Shown: positions 1-10,500 of the stretch, piece after piece
Layout: each line of letters opens with the position of its first letter
How positions within the stretch are numbered: the stretch's first letter is position 1
NCBI GenBank assembly: GCA_965116495.1
Contig: OZ220696.1
Location: 3,648,001-3,712,000, forward strand
Length of the DNA: 64,000 nt
Direction of reading: 5' to 3'
DNA from: Gammaproteobacteria bacterium
GTDB lineage: Bacteria > Pseudomonadota > Gammaproteobacteria > Eutrophobiales > Eutrophobiaceae
Made by a program: the position numbers and the translations under genes
The notes under the pieces: generated by a model
Databases searched by the model: none
Seen by the model: only the letters and a program-made list of their open reading frames with translations
What the model was told of the DNA's origin: nothing

Positions 1-3000
1 CCGCAATTCACGTTCACCCCGGAGGTACCGGCAGCGGCACGCAGACGTACTATCATCAGTGTCAGCGGCTATAGCGACAATCCGGGCGCAAGTGAATGCC
101 GGCACCTACACGCTCAGTGTCACAGCGATAGACGTGCTGCCGACCGGCGAGGGTGCGGACATCGAGGGTACGGGTGGCGCCGACAAGCTCACCGGCACGG
201 CTGATGGCGAGTCCATCGCGGGTCTGGGCGGCAACGACACCATATACGGTGGTGGTGGCGACGACAGCCTGAGCGGTGGCGCAGGTGCTGACTTGCTCAT
301 GGGCGGTGCGGGCGCCGACACGCTGAGAGGTGGTTCCTCCACGTATGATATTGATGGTGATGGTCCAGGGACAGCAACTGATGAGCACCGGGACACCATA
401 TCCTACAAGTATTCACCGATGGGTGTCACCATCAACCTGAACGCCGGTACGGCCAGCGGTGGCGATGCCGAGGGTGATGACCTCGGCACGGACATTGAGA
501 ATGTCATAGGTTCCATGCACGACGACGTGTTGACCGGCACGGATAACGTCAACGTGGGTAACAGTTTGTGGGGTTTGGGCGGAAACGACATTCTCTCCGG
601 TAGAGAGGGCGAAGACATGCTCTACGGCGGCGCCGGCGATGACATGCTGGACGGCGGCGATGAGAACGATACCCTGGAAGGTGGCTATGGCGCGGATGAG
701 TTAACCGGTGGTCTGGGCGCGGATACCGCCTCCTACGCCAGTTCCATGATGGGCGTAACGGTACGGCTGCATTCCGGCCAGGCCATGGGCGGCGACGCCG
801 AAGGCGATACCTGGGGCGACACGGTGACCGTAGAGTACAGCATGCCGGCTGAGGACCCTGAAGATCCCCCTGTTCTAAAGGAGGAGACGGTACCTGATAT
901 CGTCCACCTGACCGGTTCTCACATGGCCGACATACTGGCCGGCGACAGCAGGGACAACACCATTATGGGTATGGGCGGCGATGACAAGATCTACGGCGGC
1001 CCCGGTGGCGGTGATGACGTGCTGCACGGTGGTGGTGGCGCTGACATGCTGTTCGGCGGTATAGGCGCTGACGATCTCCATGGTGGTGACGGCGATGACA
1101 TGCTGCATGGCGGCCCTGGCGCTGACGATTTTTATGGCGGCGCCGGTAATGACATGATCTATGCGGATCTTGATGATGATGTTATTGACGGAGGAAGTAA
1201 TCCAGCAGGACATCCACCGGATATGGACACCGTCTCATTTGCAAGATTGGTGGATATGAACGTTGGAACGAGTGCAGATGACCCATTTACCCTTGGGGCT
1301 CGCGCAGAGGATAGAACAATACCCGCTGATGTTGATGCAGTAAACATCGAGCGTGTCATCGGTACGGACGAGGATGATTTTATAACCGGTGCAGATGAGT
1401 CAGCAGACGATGAAAATGACGCAGGGGAAGAAATCGAAGGCGGCGACGGTGGCGATACGCTTGTTGGCGGTGTTGGTGGCGGGGATACCGTATCCTATGA
1501 AAGTTCCGACCGGCGCGTGCGGGTGGATCTTGGCGATGGCACTGCCACCGGAGAGGCCGGATCGAGCAACTCCGGCGGTCACGCCACGGGCGACACCATC
1601 TCCGGTTTTGAAGACATCAAGGGTTCGGCCCATGGCGACGTTCTGCAAGGCCTGACTGGGACTGAAACGACGACTGGAACGGTTACTGCGACCGGCAGCA
1701 CGCTATGGGGTCTCGGCGGCGATGACTCCCTGACAGGCGGCTTTGATAATGACACCATTGAAGGCGGTGCCGGCGCTGATGAGGTAGATGGTGGCTTCAC
1801 CGCCAGTACTACCGAGGGAGTAGTGGGTACGAATACCCAAGCTAACACCTTGTCATACGCCGGTTCGGATGCGGGCGTAACGGTGAATCTGGTTACTTCA
1901 ACCGCATCAGGCGGTCATGCCGATGGTGATGAAATTGAAACCTACGAACTCACGCTCAATGAAGGCGGAGATAATGAGACGGAAATCGATGTTGCCACCT
2001 TCGTAAACGTGACCGGGTCAATGCATGATGACCACTTGACCGGTGACATGTTCAATAACCATCTCGCAGGCGGCGCCGGTGATGACAGACTGAGCGGTGG
2101 TGCCGGAGCGGATGTACTTGCTGGTGGCCCGGGGGCCGACAGGCTGGACGGTGGTGAGGATGCGAATGAAAGGAATAACATGGTACCTGATCCTGATGGG
2201 GACGAAGGTGCTATGATGGCTGCTTCAGAAGACTGGGCAGCTTATCGCGGCGCCATGGAAGGTGTTACGGTGAACCTGAACACAGGCAACGGTACGGGTG
2301 GTGACGCCATGGGTGACACGCTCAAGAATGTTGAGTTGGTATGGGGTTCCGCGCATGCTGATACGTTCGTAGCCAGTGAGGGTGCCGACATCATCCACGG
2401 TGATGGTGGCAGTGACACCGTATCCTACGAAGCATCGAAGCATGGGGTTACCGTCAATATGGCGGGTGATAACCCAGTGAACGTTGTTGATACGACCTTC
2501 ACTGCGGCTACTGATACTGATGGTACTCCGGGTAACGAGGATGACACACCGGACATATATAACCCTGCTACTGATGCAATCGTTACGGCATGGAGAGGTG
2601 GTAACTTTACCGAAAGGCCAACCGCTGTCGAGGACTTCGGTACCGATGCAACGAACAAAAGCTACGCCAAAGGCGACGTACTGGCCAGCATTGAGAACAT
2701 AACCGGTTCCCGTCAGGACGACAACATTACCGGTGATGCCGTTCCCAATACCCTCAAAGGCGGCGCCGGCAATGATGAGTTGAGCGGTGGTGGTCAGAAT
2801 GACAAGCTGTACGGCGAAGCCGGGAACGACGCCCTGAACGGCGATGCAGGTGATGACATGCTCATGGGTGGTGATGGCAATGATGACCTGGACGGTGGTG
2901 AAGGTGCTGACACCCTGAACGGTGGTGCCGGCGATGATGACCTGACCGGTAGCGGCGGCGCTGACACTTTTGTCTTCAGCCCGGGCGACGGAGATGACGT

Positions 3001-3295
3001 CATCGTTACGTTCGCTGAGGCAGACGACAAGATTGACCTGAGTGCGTTCGGTCTCGATGCGGATGAATTGAAAGCTGCCATCAGTGTACGTGCCGGTAAT
3101 ACTGTCATCAATCTGAATGATTACGGTGGCGGCACAATCACGCTTCAGGGTACCGATATAGACGTTCTTGAGAAGGGTACAAATGCTGAGGAAAATGAGA
3201 TCGAGACGCTGAGCGTCCGTGTGGATCTCAACAACGATGGTGACTTTGGAGATACAGTTGATGGTGTTGCTGAAGATGGTATCTTCATTATCTGA
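1..3295 (+). CDS. RTX (hemolysin-type Ca-binding repeat) protein, 5'-truncated; paralog of 7528-11052
   Basis: Many GGxGxDxLxG nonapeptides and DTVSY/GVTVNL motifs; C-terminal DTFVF...DKIDLSAF region typical of T1SS substrates. Nt 1-100 align to the paralog with small insertions, so the ORF start at 59 is not the real start. Confidence 0.9.
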   Translation, partial: RNSRSPRRYRQRHADVLSSVSAAIATIRAQVNAGTYTLSVTAIDVLPTGEGADIEGTGGADKLTGTADGESIAGLGGNDTIYGGGGDDSLSGGAGADLLMGGAGADTLRGGSSTYDIDGDGPGTATDEHRDTISYKYSPMGVTINLNAGTASGGDAEGDDLGTDIENVIGSMHDDVLTGTDNVNVGNSLWGLGGNDILSGREGEDMLYGGAGDDMLDGGDENDTLEGGYGADELTGGLGADTASYASSMMGVTVRLHSGQAMGGDAEGDTWGDTVTVEYSMPAEDPEDPPVLKEETVPDIVHLTGSHMADILAGDSRDNTIMGMGGDDKIYGGPGGGDDVLHGGGGADMLFGGIGADDLHGGDGDDMLHGGPGADDFYGGAGNDMIYADLDDDVIDGGSNPAGHPPDMDTVSFARLVDMNVGTSADDPFTLGARAEDRTIPADVDAVNIERVIGTDEDDFITGADESADDENDAGEEIEGGDGGDTLVGGVGGGDTVSYESSDRRVRVDLGDGTATGEAGSSNSGGHATGDTISGFEDIKGSAHGDVLQGLTGTETTTGTVTATGSTLWGLGGDDSLTGGFDNDTIEGGAGADEVDGGFTASTTEGVVGTNTQANTLSYAGSDAGVTVNLVTSTASGGHADGDEIETYELTLNEGGDNETEIDVATFVNVTGSMHDDHLTGDMFNNHLAGGAGDDRLSGGAGADVLAGGPGADRLDGGEDANERNNMVPDPDGDEGAMMAASEDWAAYRGAMEGVTVNLNTGNGTGGDAMGDTLKNVELVWGSAHADTFVASEGADIIHGDGGSDTVSYEASKHGVTVNMAGDNPVNVVDTTFTAATDTDGTPGNEDDTPDIYNPATDAIVTAWRGGNFTERPTAVEDFGTDATNKSYAKGDVLASIENITGSRQDDNITGDAVPNTLKGGAGNDELSGGGQNDKLYGEAGNDALNGDAGDDMLMGGDGNDDLDGGEGADTLNGGAGDDDLTGSGGADTFVFSPGDGDDVIVTFAEADDKIDLSAFGLDADELKAAISVRAGNTVINLNDYGGGTITLQGTDIDVLEKGTNAEENEIETLSVRVDLNNDGDFGDTVDGVAEDGIFII

Positions 3296-3349
3296 TCAGC
3301 CGAGGTATTAGTAAACTAATCTTCCTGATTTCACGGAAGTAAACGATCG

Positions 3350-3400
3350 CAGGGGCGGTTTAGACGGGGAAACCTGTCTAAACTGGCCCCTGTTTTATTT
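3350..3400 (+). terminator. Intrinsic terminator after RTX gene 1
   Basis: CAGGGGC-GGTTTAGACGGG...CTGTCTAAACTG-GCCCCTG-TTTTATTT hairpin; near-identical copies at ~4264-4315 (+) and ~7425-7477 (-). Confidence 0.75.
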
Positions 3401-3417
3401 GTACCCTACAGGACCGT

Positions 3418-3446
3418 TTGACAAACCGAAATCCAGTTACGATAAT
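3418..3446 (+). promoter_or_regulatory. sigma70 promoter, antisense to tRNA-like gene 1
   Basis: TTGACA (3418-3423), 17-bp spacer, GATAAT (3441-3446). Confidence 0.7.
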
Positions 3447-3461
3447 CATGACCGGTGCCTT

Positions 3462-3562
3462 TGGTGCCTGGGACGGGACTCGAACCCGTAAGGCTTGTAG
3501 GTTTCGCTGCAAATACCGGGGGAGTGACAATCCCCCGTGTTTACCGATTTCACCACCCGGGC
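3462..3562 (-). tRNA. tRNA-Leu-type scaffold (class II, long variable arm) with GTC (Asp) anticodon
   Basis: Minus strand folds as GCCCGGG-TG-GTGAAATCGGTAAACAC-G-GGGGA-TTGTCAC-TCCCC-[29-nt variable arm]-ACGGG-TTCGAGT-CCCGT-CCCAGGC-A-CCA. One C4.A69 mismatch; A73 discriminator. Confidence 0.8.
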
Positions 3563-3570
3563 AAAAACGA

Positions 3571-3598
3571 CCCGTCCCTTTCGAGGGATGGGTTTTTT
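3571..3598 (+). terminator. Intrinsic terminator closing the antisense-tRNA unit
   Basis: CCCGTCCCT-TTCG-AGGGATGGG-TTTTTT. Confidence 0.8.
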
Positions 3599-3655
3599 AA
3601 CGCCCATTGATTGTATAAAACCCCCGTCTTGCGCAAAGCGAAACCTGATCAGATT

Positions 3656-3671
3656 TGTGAGAAAACTCACA
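3656..3671. promoter_or_regulatory. CRP/FNR-family-like box
   Basis: TGTGA-GAAAAC-TCACA. It lies upstream of a + strand TATAAT (3712-3717) and of a - strand TACAAT (3615-3610). Confidence 0.65.
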
Positions 3672-3758
3672 GCCTCCCCAAAAAATATCTCACTCCGCCC
3701 CCTAGGCAGACTATAATCAACCCTGGCGTTTCATCAACAAAGAAGGATACGGGAAAAC

Positions 3759-4055
3759 ATGTCAATGGAATTAATTGCCTTGACAGGTATCGGCGTAACG
3801 GTAATCAGTACCGGCGTTGCACTGGCCGCCCTTATCCTGAATACCCAACGCAACCTGCGAGTGGAGATGCAGGCCCAGCGGGCGGAGACGAAGACAGAAT
3901 TCAAGGCTGTGCGGGAGGACATGCAGGCCCAGCGGGAAGCAATAATCAGCTTACTGGAACGCATGGCGCACCTGGAAGGATTGCTTGAGGGCCTGCGTGA
4001 GGCCATCACCGGCCGGCGCGTGGCTGAAGAAACGGGAAAATACAATACGCGCTGA
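3759..4055 (+). CDS. Small N-terminally anchored coiled-coil protein, family A (98 aa)
   Basis: Hydrophobic N-terminus, E/K/R-rich coiled coil, ERMAHLEGLLEGLRE...GKYNTR tail; two more paralogs in the window. Confidence 0.8.
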   Translation: MSMELIALTGIGVTVISTGVALAALILNTQRNLRVEMQAQRAETKTEFKAVREDMQAQREAIISLLERMAHLEGLLEGLREAITGRRVAEETGKYNTR

Positions 4056-4133
4056 ACAGCGGCGCAACCTCTCGAGTAATCCAGGACACCCTCAGCGCAT
4101 CTACCTAATTTATGGGTGTCCCAAATTACACCG

Positions 4134-4256
4134 GCCTCCTACGAGGCATCGTCGTTGGGCGTCACGGTGGACCAGAGCAGTGACACTCAGCACAGGACAG
4201 TGGTGACAGGCGGTACGGGCACTGAAGCTGATCCCTTTCTGATTTCACGGAAGTAA
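4134..4256 (+). pseudogene. Remnant of an RTX-family gene with the RTX-type terminator
   Basis: Reads ASYEASSLGVTVD..., resembling [11 protein letters not shown] of the RTX paralogs. It begins just after a 21-bp repeat and is followed by the RTX terminator. Confidence 0.55.
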
Positions 4257-4343
4257 ACGATCGCAGGGGCGGTTCAGACGGGGCAATCCGTTTGGACTGG
4301 CCCCTGTTTTATTTCTGCCTTCCTTTTTGTGATGGGTCGTGTA

Positions 4344-4604
4344 TCAGGAAAAGATCCTGTAGGCAATCGCAAGGATAAAGGGATAAAGGGAAAACACAGC
4401 GAACTTCAAGACCTTCAGTTCGGCGTTCATATCAGAGCGTAGCCCCTGTATGTCCGATTTCAATTCAGTACGCAGTTCCTGCAGGTCGGTTTTCGTTGCC
4501 AGGTTGTCGGTGACAGGCACGACGCCTGCTGCGGCCTTCGCTTTCTCTTCGGACGTTCCGGCTTCCACCAGGGCTTCGTAGATTTCGGCAATCATCATGC
4601 TCAT
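4344..4604 (-). CDS. DUF1640/CCDC90 (MempromCC/Bdr-like) coiled-coil protein with C-terminal TM, family D
   Basis: YEALVEAG-x-SEEKAKA head, LATKTDL neck, coiled coil, hydrophobic C-terminus; GGAGAG RBS. Confidence 0.75.
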   Translation of the reverse strand: MSMMIAEIYEALVEAGTSEEKAKAAAGVVPVTDNLATKTDLQELRTELKSDIQGLRSDMNAELKVLKFAVFSLYPFILAIAYRIFS

Positions 4605-4687
4605 GCTCTCTCTCCATGTATGTTTATCAGATGTCTATTATATTATCAACGCGGGCAAACGTATTCAAACAGGAGTTCGACGTTTCA

Positions 4688-4703
4688 TGTGAGTTTTGTC
4701 ACA
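4688..4703. promoter_or_regulatory. CRP-like box between divergent small genes
   Basis: TGTGA-GTTTTG-TCACA, 19 bp before TTGACG (4723). Confidence 0.6.
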
Positions 4704-4798
4704 AATATCGAAAAAAAAACCGTTGACGGTCTCCATATGTATATTTTACAGTGAGTGTCACTTGAAATTAAGGGAACGGGCGAATCGGGACATACAAC

Positions 4799-5191
4799 AT
4801 GTCTATGGAAATAATAACCATCGTCAGCCTCGGTTTAACGGTAATCACAGTCGGCATCATGCTGGCCGGTCTTATTCTGACTGGTCAGCGCGCCCTTCGG
4901 GCAGAGATGAATGGCCAGCGGGGAGACATCAAGTCCCTGCGGGAAGAAATGCGGTCGGAGTTCAAGGCCGTGCGGGAAGAGTTGCATGCTTACCGGGAGG
5001 AGACCCAGAGAGAATTCAAGGCCGTGCGCGAGGAGATAGGCGGTTTGCGCGAGGAGATAGGCGGTTTGCGCGAACGCATGGCGCATGTAGAAGGACTGCT
5101 TGAGGGCCTGCTGCGTGAAGCCTTCATCGGCAGGCGCGCAGCGCCGGCGGAAGCCGTGGCTGAGGACCCCGGCCCATACGATAAACGCTGA
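4799..5191 (+). CDS. Small N-anchored coiled-coil protein, family B (130 aa)
   Basis: TM N-terminus, REEIGGL heptads, ERMAHVEGLLEGLLRE...GPYDKR tail. Confidence 0.8.
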   Translation: MSMEIITIVSLGLTVITVGIMLAGLILTGQRALRAEMNGQRGDIKSLREEMRSEFKAVREELHAYREETQREFKAVREEIGGLREEIGGLRERMAHVEGLLEGLLREAFIGRRAAPAEAVAEDPGPYDKR

Positions 5192-5316
5192 CCTGTCCCT
5201 TCCTGCTCATCCCTGTTCCAACCCGTTGCCCAAAACCGATTGACAACGAACCCCGGCCAAGCCATACTGCCCGAACGATTAACTGGAAGTTGTAACAGTA
5301 AAGGAGGTACACCCCA

Positions 5317-5604
5317 ATGATAAATCAGGAAGCCCAACTGAACGGCAGCACGGAAGCCTTTGCCCGCGCCTTTTCCAACCTGGTAAAGGACGCCACCTCA
5401 CACTTGGCCACCAAGGAAGATTTGGACAACGTGGTTGCCAACATGGCCACTAAGGAAGATTTGGACAACGCGGTTGCCAACATGGCTACCAAGGAGGATA
5501 TCAATGAACTGTCAGACCGGATAGACACGACCGACAAGCACATGCAGACCCAGTTTGCCCGACAGGAAGAGAAAATCGCCGACATAGCCCGGAAACTGGA
5601 TTGA
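5317..5604 (+). CDS. Soluble coiled-coil protein with ATKEDL 11-aa repeats, family C (95 aa)
   Basis: AAGGAGG RBS, upstream TTGACA-17-CATACT promoter, 33-bp tandem units; paralog at 20729. Confidence 0.8.
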   Translation: MINQEAQLNGSTEAFARAFSNLVKDATSHLATKEDLDNVVANMATKEDLDNAVANMATKEDINELSDRIDTTDKHMQTQFARQEEKIADIARKLD

Positions 5605-5670
5605 GCCCGAGGGGCTGATACACCACCCGGGCAAGAACGACCCGTCCCTCTCGGGGGCGGGATTTTTTAT

Positions 5671-5860
5671 GGTAATTCAGGACACTCGCAAATTATCCTG
5701 CCTGCAAGAGGCAGTTTCCCACATACTTGACATGAATGAATGACGGACTGGGTTCCTGCTTTCGTAGGAACGACGGGTCGTGTCAAGAATCTTTCGTACT
5801 TTCTGTCCGACCCTGGAAGGCTACAGGTACGGCTATCTAATTTATGGGTGCCTGAATTAC
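5671..5860. repeat. ~185-bp MITE/REPIN-like element, copy 1
   Basis: Near-identical direct copy at 7156-7336. Bounded by inverted 21-bp AATT..GGACACCC repeats, with an internal CGTC-type hairpin. Confidence 0.7.
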
Positions 5861-5969
5861 TCTACCCCGTTATAGAGGTTTGCGGACAACGTGATTTATG
5901 GGTGCCCTGAATTACTCTACCCCGTCACGCTGAGGGTGTCCTGGATTACTCGAGAGGTTGCGCCGGTGT

Positions 5970-6407
5970 TCAGCGCGTATTGTATTTTCCTGTTTCTTCA
6001 GCCACGCGCCGGCCGGTGATGGCCTCACGCAGGCCGTCAAGCAATCCTTCCAGGTGCGCCATGCGTTCCAGTAAGCTGATGATTGCTTCCCGCTGGGCCC
6101 GCATGTCCTCTCGCACAGCCTTGAATTCTGTCTTCGTCTCCTCTCGCACAGCCTCGAATTCTGTCTTCGCCTCCTCCCGCTGGGCCTGCATGTCCTCCCG
6201 TACAGCCTCGAATTCTGTCTTCACCTCCGCCCGCTGGGCCCGCATGTCCTCCCGCACAGCCTTGAATTCTGTCTTCGTCTCCGCCCGCTGGGCCCGCATC
6301 TCCACCCGCAGGTTGCGTTGGGTATTCAGGATAAGGGCGGCCAGTGCAACGCCGGTACTGATTACCGTTACGCCGATACCTGTCAAGGTAATTAATTCCA
6401 TTGACAT
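5970..6407 (-). CDS. Coiled-coil family A (145 aa)
   Basis: Same termini as the 3759 gene, with 47 aa of extra repeats (18+18+11). Confidence 0.8.
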   Translation of the reverse strand: MSMELITLTGIGVTVISTGVALAALILNTQRNLRVEMRAQRAETKTEFKAVREDMRAQRAEVKTEFEAVREDMQAQREEAKTEFEAVREETKTEFKAVREDMRAQREAIISLLERMAHLEGLLDGLREAITGRRVAEETGKYNTR

Positions 6408-6667
6408 GATGTATTTTCCTCAGTCTCCTTGTGTAGTCAGCGCCGGCCTGTTATCCACCGGTTCTGAGTTATCCTTAATATAAAGATACGGTTTGAACCT
6501 GTCCAAACATCTTTTCCCGAGTTTGTGGGTTTTATCACATGCCACCGCAGGTTAACAATTGAACGGCGTAAACTTGGACACTACCTCCAATTTGTGGGTG
6601 TCCCAAATTACGCCGTGCATCGTGCGACCTGACCCCGGCTTCCCGGTGTTGCAGATTAGGCGCCAGG

Positions 6668-6985
6668 TCAGCGTTTATCGTATGGGCCGGGACCCTCAGC
6701 CACGGCCTCCGCCGGCGCTGCGCGCCTGCCGATGAAGGCTTCACGCAGCAGGCCCTCAAGCAGTCCTTCCACATGCGCCATGCGCTCCCGCAAACCGCCT
6801 ATCTCCTCCCGCACGGCCTTGAATTCTCTCTGGGCCTCCTCCCGGTGAGCATGCAGCTCTCCCCGCAGGGACTGTATGTCTCCCCGCTGGCCATTCATCT
6901 CTGCCCGAAGGGCGCGCTGACCAGTCAGAATAAGACCGGCCAGCGCCACGGCGGTGCTGATGATGGCAATTAATTCCATTGACAT
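6668..6985 (-). CDS. Coiled-coil family B (105 aa) with a family-A-type leader
   Basis: Leader and first 7 codons match the 3759 gene; the body matches 12674. Confidence 0.8.
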   Translation of the reverse strand: MSMELIAIISTAVALAGLILTGQRALRAEMNGQRGDIQSLRGELHAHREEAQREFKAVREEIGGLRERMAHVEGLLEGLLREAFIGRRAAPAEAVAEGPGPYDKR

Positions 6986-7155
6986 GTTTTCCCGTATCCT
7001 TCTTTGTTGATGAAACGCCAGAGTCGATTATAGCCTGCCTGGGGGCCGGAGTGAGATATTTTTTGGGGAGGCTGTGAGTTTTCTCACAAATCTGATCAGA
7101 TTTCGCTTTGCGGCAGACGGGGGTTTTATACAATCAATGGGCACTAAAAAACCTG

Positions 7156-7336
7156 GTAATTCAGGACACCCACAAATTATCCTGCCTGCAAGAGGCAGTT
7201 TCCCACATACTTGACATGAATGAATGACGGACTGGGTTCCTGCTTTCGCAGGAACGACGGGTCGTGTCAAGAATCTTTCGCACTTTCTGTCCGACCCTGG
7301 AAAGCTACAGGTACGGCCATCTAATTTATGGGTGTC
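7156..7336. repeat. ~185-bp MITE/REPIN-like element, copy 2
   Basis: Direct repeat of 5671-5850. Confidence 0.7.
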
Positions 7337-7527
7337 CTCCCGTCATTCTGGCGAACGCCAGAATCCATAGGTAACTCGGTAAATGACTGGGTTCCGGGTC
7401 AAGCCCGGAACGACTGGGGGGGTACAAATAAAACAGGGGCCAGTCTAAACGGGTTGCCCCGTCTAAACCGCCCCTGTGATCGTTTACTTCCGTGAAATCA
7501 GGAAGATTTTGGTTTTGTTGCCTATGG

Positions 7528-10500
7528 TTATACGATAAAGATACCGTCTGTGGCATCGGTTCCGTCACCTATGCCATCTTCAGCACCATTCGTATCATTA
7601 AGGACAAGTGCTATACCGATTGTAGCTGTCAGTACGGCTATAGTCTGATCCTGAATGGTAATTCTGCCGCCACCGTAGTCTTCCAGGTTAACGACAACAT
7701 TGCCGGCACGCTCGCTGAGGAGGCCTTCCATATCGCCCGGCCTGATCCCGAAAGCCGTGAGGTCGATGTAATCGCCATCGCCGGTACGATTCGTGGCGTC
7801 GCCAGCAGCAGTCGGCGCTAATTCAATGTCGATAATGACGTCGCTTCCGTTGCCCGGGGTGAAGACAAAAGTGTCTATGCCTGTACCACCGGTCAGGTCA
7901 TCATCACCAGCGCCACCATTTATGGTGTCATTACCGGCGCCGCCATTTATGGTGTCATTGCCGGCGTCACCGTACATCATGTCATTGCCTGCGTCAGTAG
8001 CTGCAGCCTCTCCACGATCACTGTTATCGTTGTCGTCATTCAAGTCCGCTTCAGCTCTTTCGCCTATTACATCATTGCCGGCGCCGCCGTGCAGCTTGTC
8101 ATTTCCATCGCCGCCACTAATCCTGTCAGGGCCGCCGCCGCCTTTGATGACATTGGGAGTGGCATCGCCGACAATAACGTCGTCCTGACGGGAACCGGTC
8201 ACGTTCTCAATGCTGGCCAGTACGTCACCTTCGGCGTAGCTCTTGGTCGTTGTCAAAGTATCTGGTTCCTGGACAGCTACCGGCCTCGGAGTATTTGTAC
8301 TACCTCCTCTCCATTCCTCAACAATTGCATCAGTAGCACTGATAAACGCATTATCATCGTCATTGCCCTCAATATCATCGGGGCCGTTGGCATCGAACGT
8401 AGTAGCATCGTTACCAACCAATTCTACAGTCACGCCATGCTTCGATGCTTCGTAGGATACGGTGTCACTGCCGCCATCACCGTGGATGATGTCGGCACCC
8501 TCACTGGCTACGAACGTATCGTCGTGCATAGAGCCCCATATCAATTCGATATTCTTGAGCGTGTCACCCATGGCGTCTCCACCCGTGCCCATGCCGGTGT
8601 TCAGGTTCACCATCACACCGTCCATAGCGCCGCGGTAGGCTGCCCAGTCTTCGTGCTCTACATCAGGGGTATCAGCATTTTCATCATGGTTCCATTTGCT
8701 GCTTCCACCATCCAGCCTGTCAGCACCCGGGCCACCAGCGAGTATGTCCGCTCCGGCGCCACTGCGCAGGTTGTCGTCACCAGCGCCGCCTTCGAGATGG
8801 TTATCGAACCTGTCACCGGTCAAGTGGTCATTATGCATCGACCCGGTCACGTTTACGAAGGTGGAAACATCTATATCTTCGTCATCGTCATCAGTAGTGG
8901 TGCCCTTGTCATCAAGAAACTCGTAGGTCTCAATTTCATCCCCCTGGGCATGACCGCCTGATGCGGTGGAAGTAGCCAGGTTCACTGTGACGCCCGCATC
9001 CGAACTGGCATAGGACAAGGTGTTTACTTGGCTACTTTCATCAACATCGTCTGTATCTTGAGTTACGCCGCCATCCAGCTCATCAGCGCCGGCGCCGCCT
9101 TCCAGGGTGTCATTGCCGTCTTCACCCGTCAGAGTGTCATCGCCGTCGAGACCCCAGAGTATGCTACCTTGGATACCGCCAGTATTAGGATCGGTATCAT
9201 TCGACCGGGCTGTCAGGTTGTCGTCAAAGGCCGAACCCCTGACGTTTTCAAAGCCGGCAATGTCGTCACCTGATGCATGGCCGCCGGAGGCGGTTGCGGT
9301 AGTTGCGTCGAGAGTATCCTCGCCAGCAGCCAAGTCAACCCGCACACCCCTGTCCGAATTCTCATAGGACACAGTATCACCTATGCCAGTACCACCTATA
9401 AGATCGTCCGCCCCATCGCCACCTTCGATGATTTCAGGGGCAGCGTTTGTGCCTGTCAACGTATCATCCTCGTCGGTGCCGATGAGAGTTTCAATAGAAA
9501 CAAAACGAGGAAGACCCAGATTGATATCGACTCCTTCCTTGTTCCTGGCGTAGGAAAGGGTGTCGTTCTCACCCGGCGCATTATCAGTCATCTCGTTAAA
9601 ATCCGTCGTCATCCCATCGTCCGCCATTGCAGCACCGGAAATGGTTCCGCTATCACCTGTGTTCGCCATGTCGTATATCATGTCACTGCCGGCGCCGCCG
9701 TAATAATCGTCATCGCCCGAACCGCCACTCAGCATGTCATTGCCGCCACCGCCATGGAGATCGTCATTGCCTATACCGCCGAACAGCATGTCAGCGCCGC
9801 CACCACCGTGCAGCACGTCATCACCACCGCCGGGGCCGCCGTAGATCTCGTCATCGCCGCCCATACCCATAATGGTGTTGTCCCTGCTGTCGCCGGCCAG
9901 TATGTCGGCCATGTGAGAACCGGTCAGGTGGACGATATCAGGTACCGTCTCCTCCTTTAGAACAGGGGGATCTTCAGGGTCCTCAGCCGGCATGCTGTAC
10001 TCTACGGTCACCGTGTCGCCCCAGGTATCGCCTTCGGCGTCGCCGCCCATGGCCTGGCCGGAATGCAGCCGTACCGTTACGCCCATCATGGAACTGGCGT
10101 AGGAGGCGGTATCCGCGCCCAGACCACCGGTTAACTCATCCGCGCCATAGCCACCTTCCAGGGTATCGTTCTCATCGCCGCCGTCCAGCATGTCATCGCC
10201 GGCGCCGCCGTAGAGCATGTCTTCGCCCTCTCTACCGGAGAGAACGTCGTTTCCGCCCAAACCCCACAATTTGTTACCCACGTTGACGTCATCCGTGCCG
10301 GTAATCGTGTCGTCGTGCATGGAACCTATGACATTCTCGATATCCGTACCGAGGTCATCACCCTCGGCGTCGCCGCCCCTGGCTGTGCCGTCATTCAGGT
10401 TGATGGTCACACCCATCGGGGAATACCTGTAGGTTATGGTGTCCTCACCGAGGCCACCCCTGAGCGTATCGGCGCCCGCACCGCCCATGAGCAGGTCGTT

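Noticed and set aside
59-91. ORF start [11 protein letters not shown] as the true RTX1 N-terminus
   Set aside because: It is an out-of-frame reading caused by indels; the paralog shows the gene continues upstream of the window.
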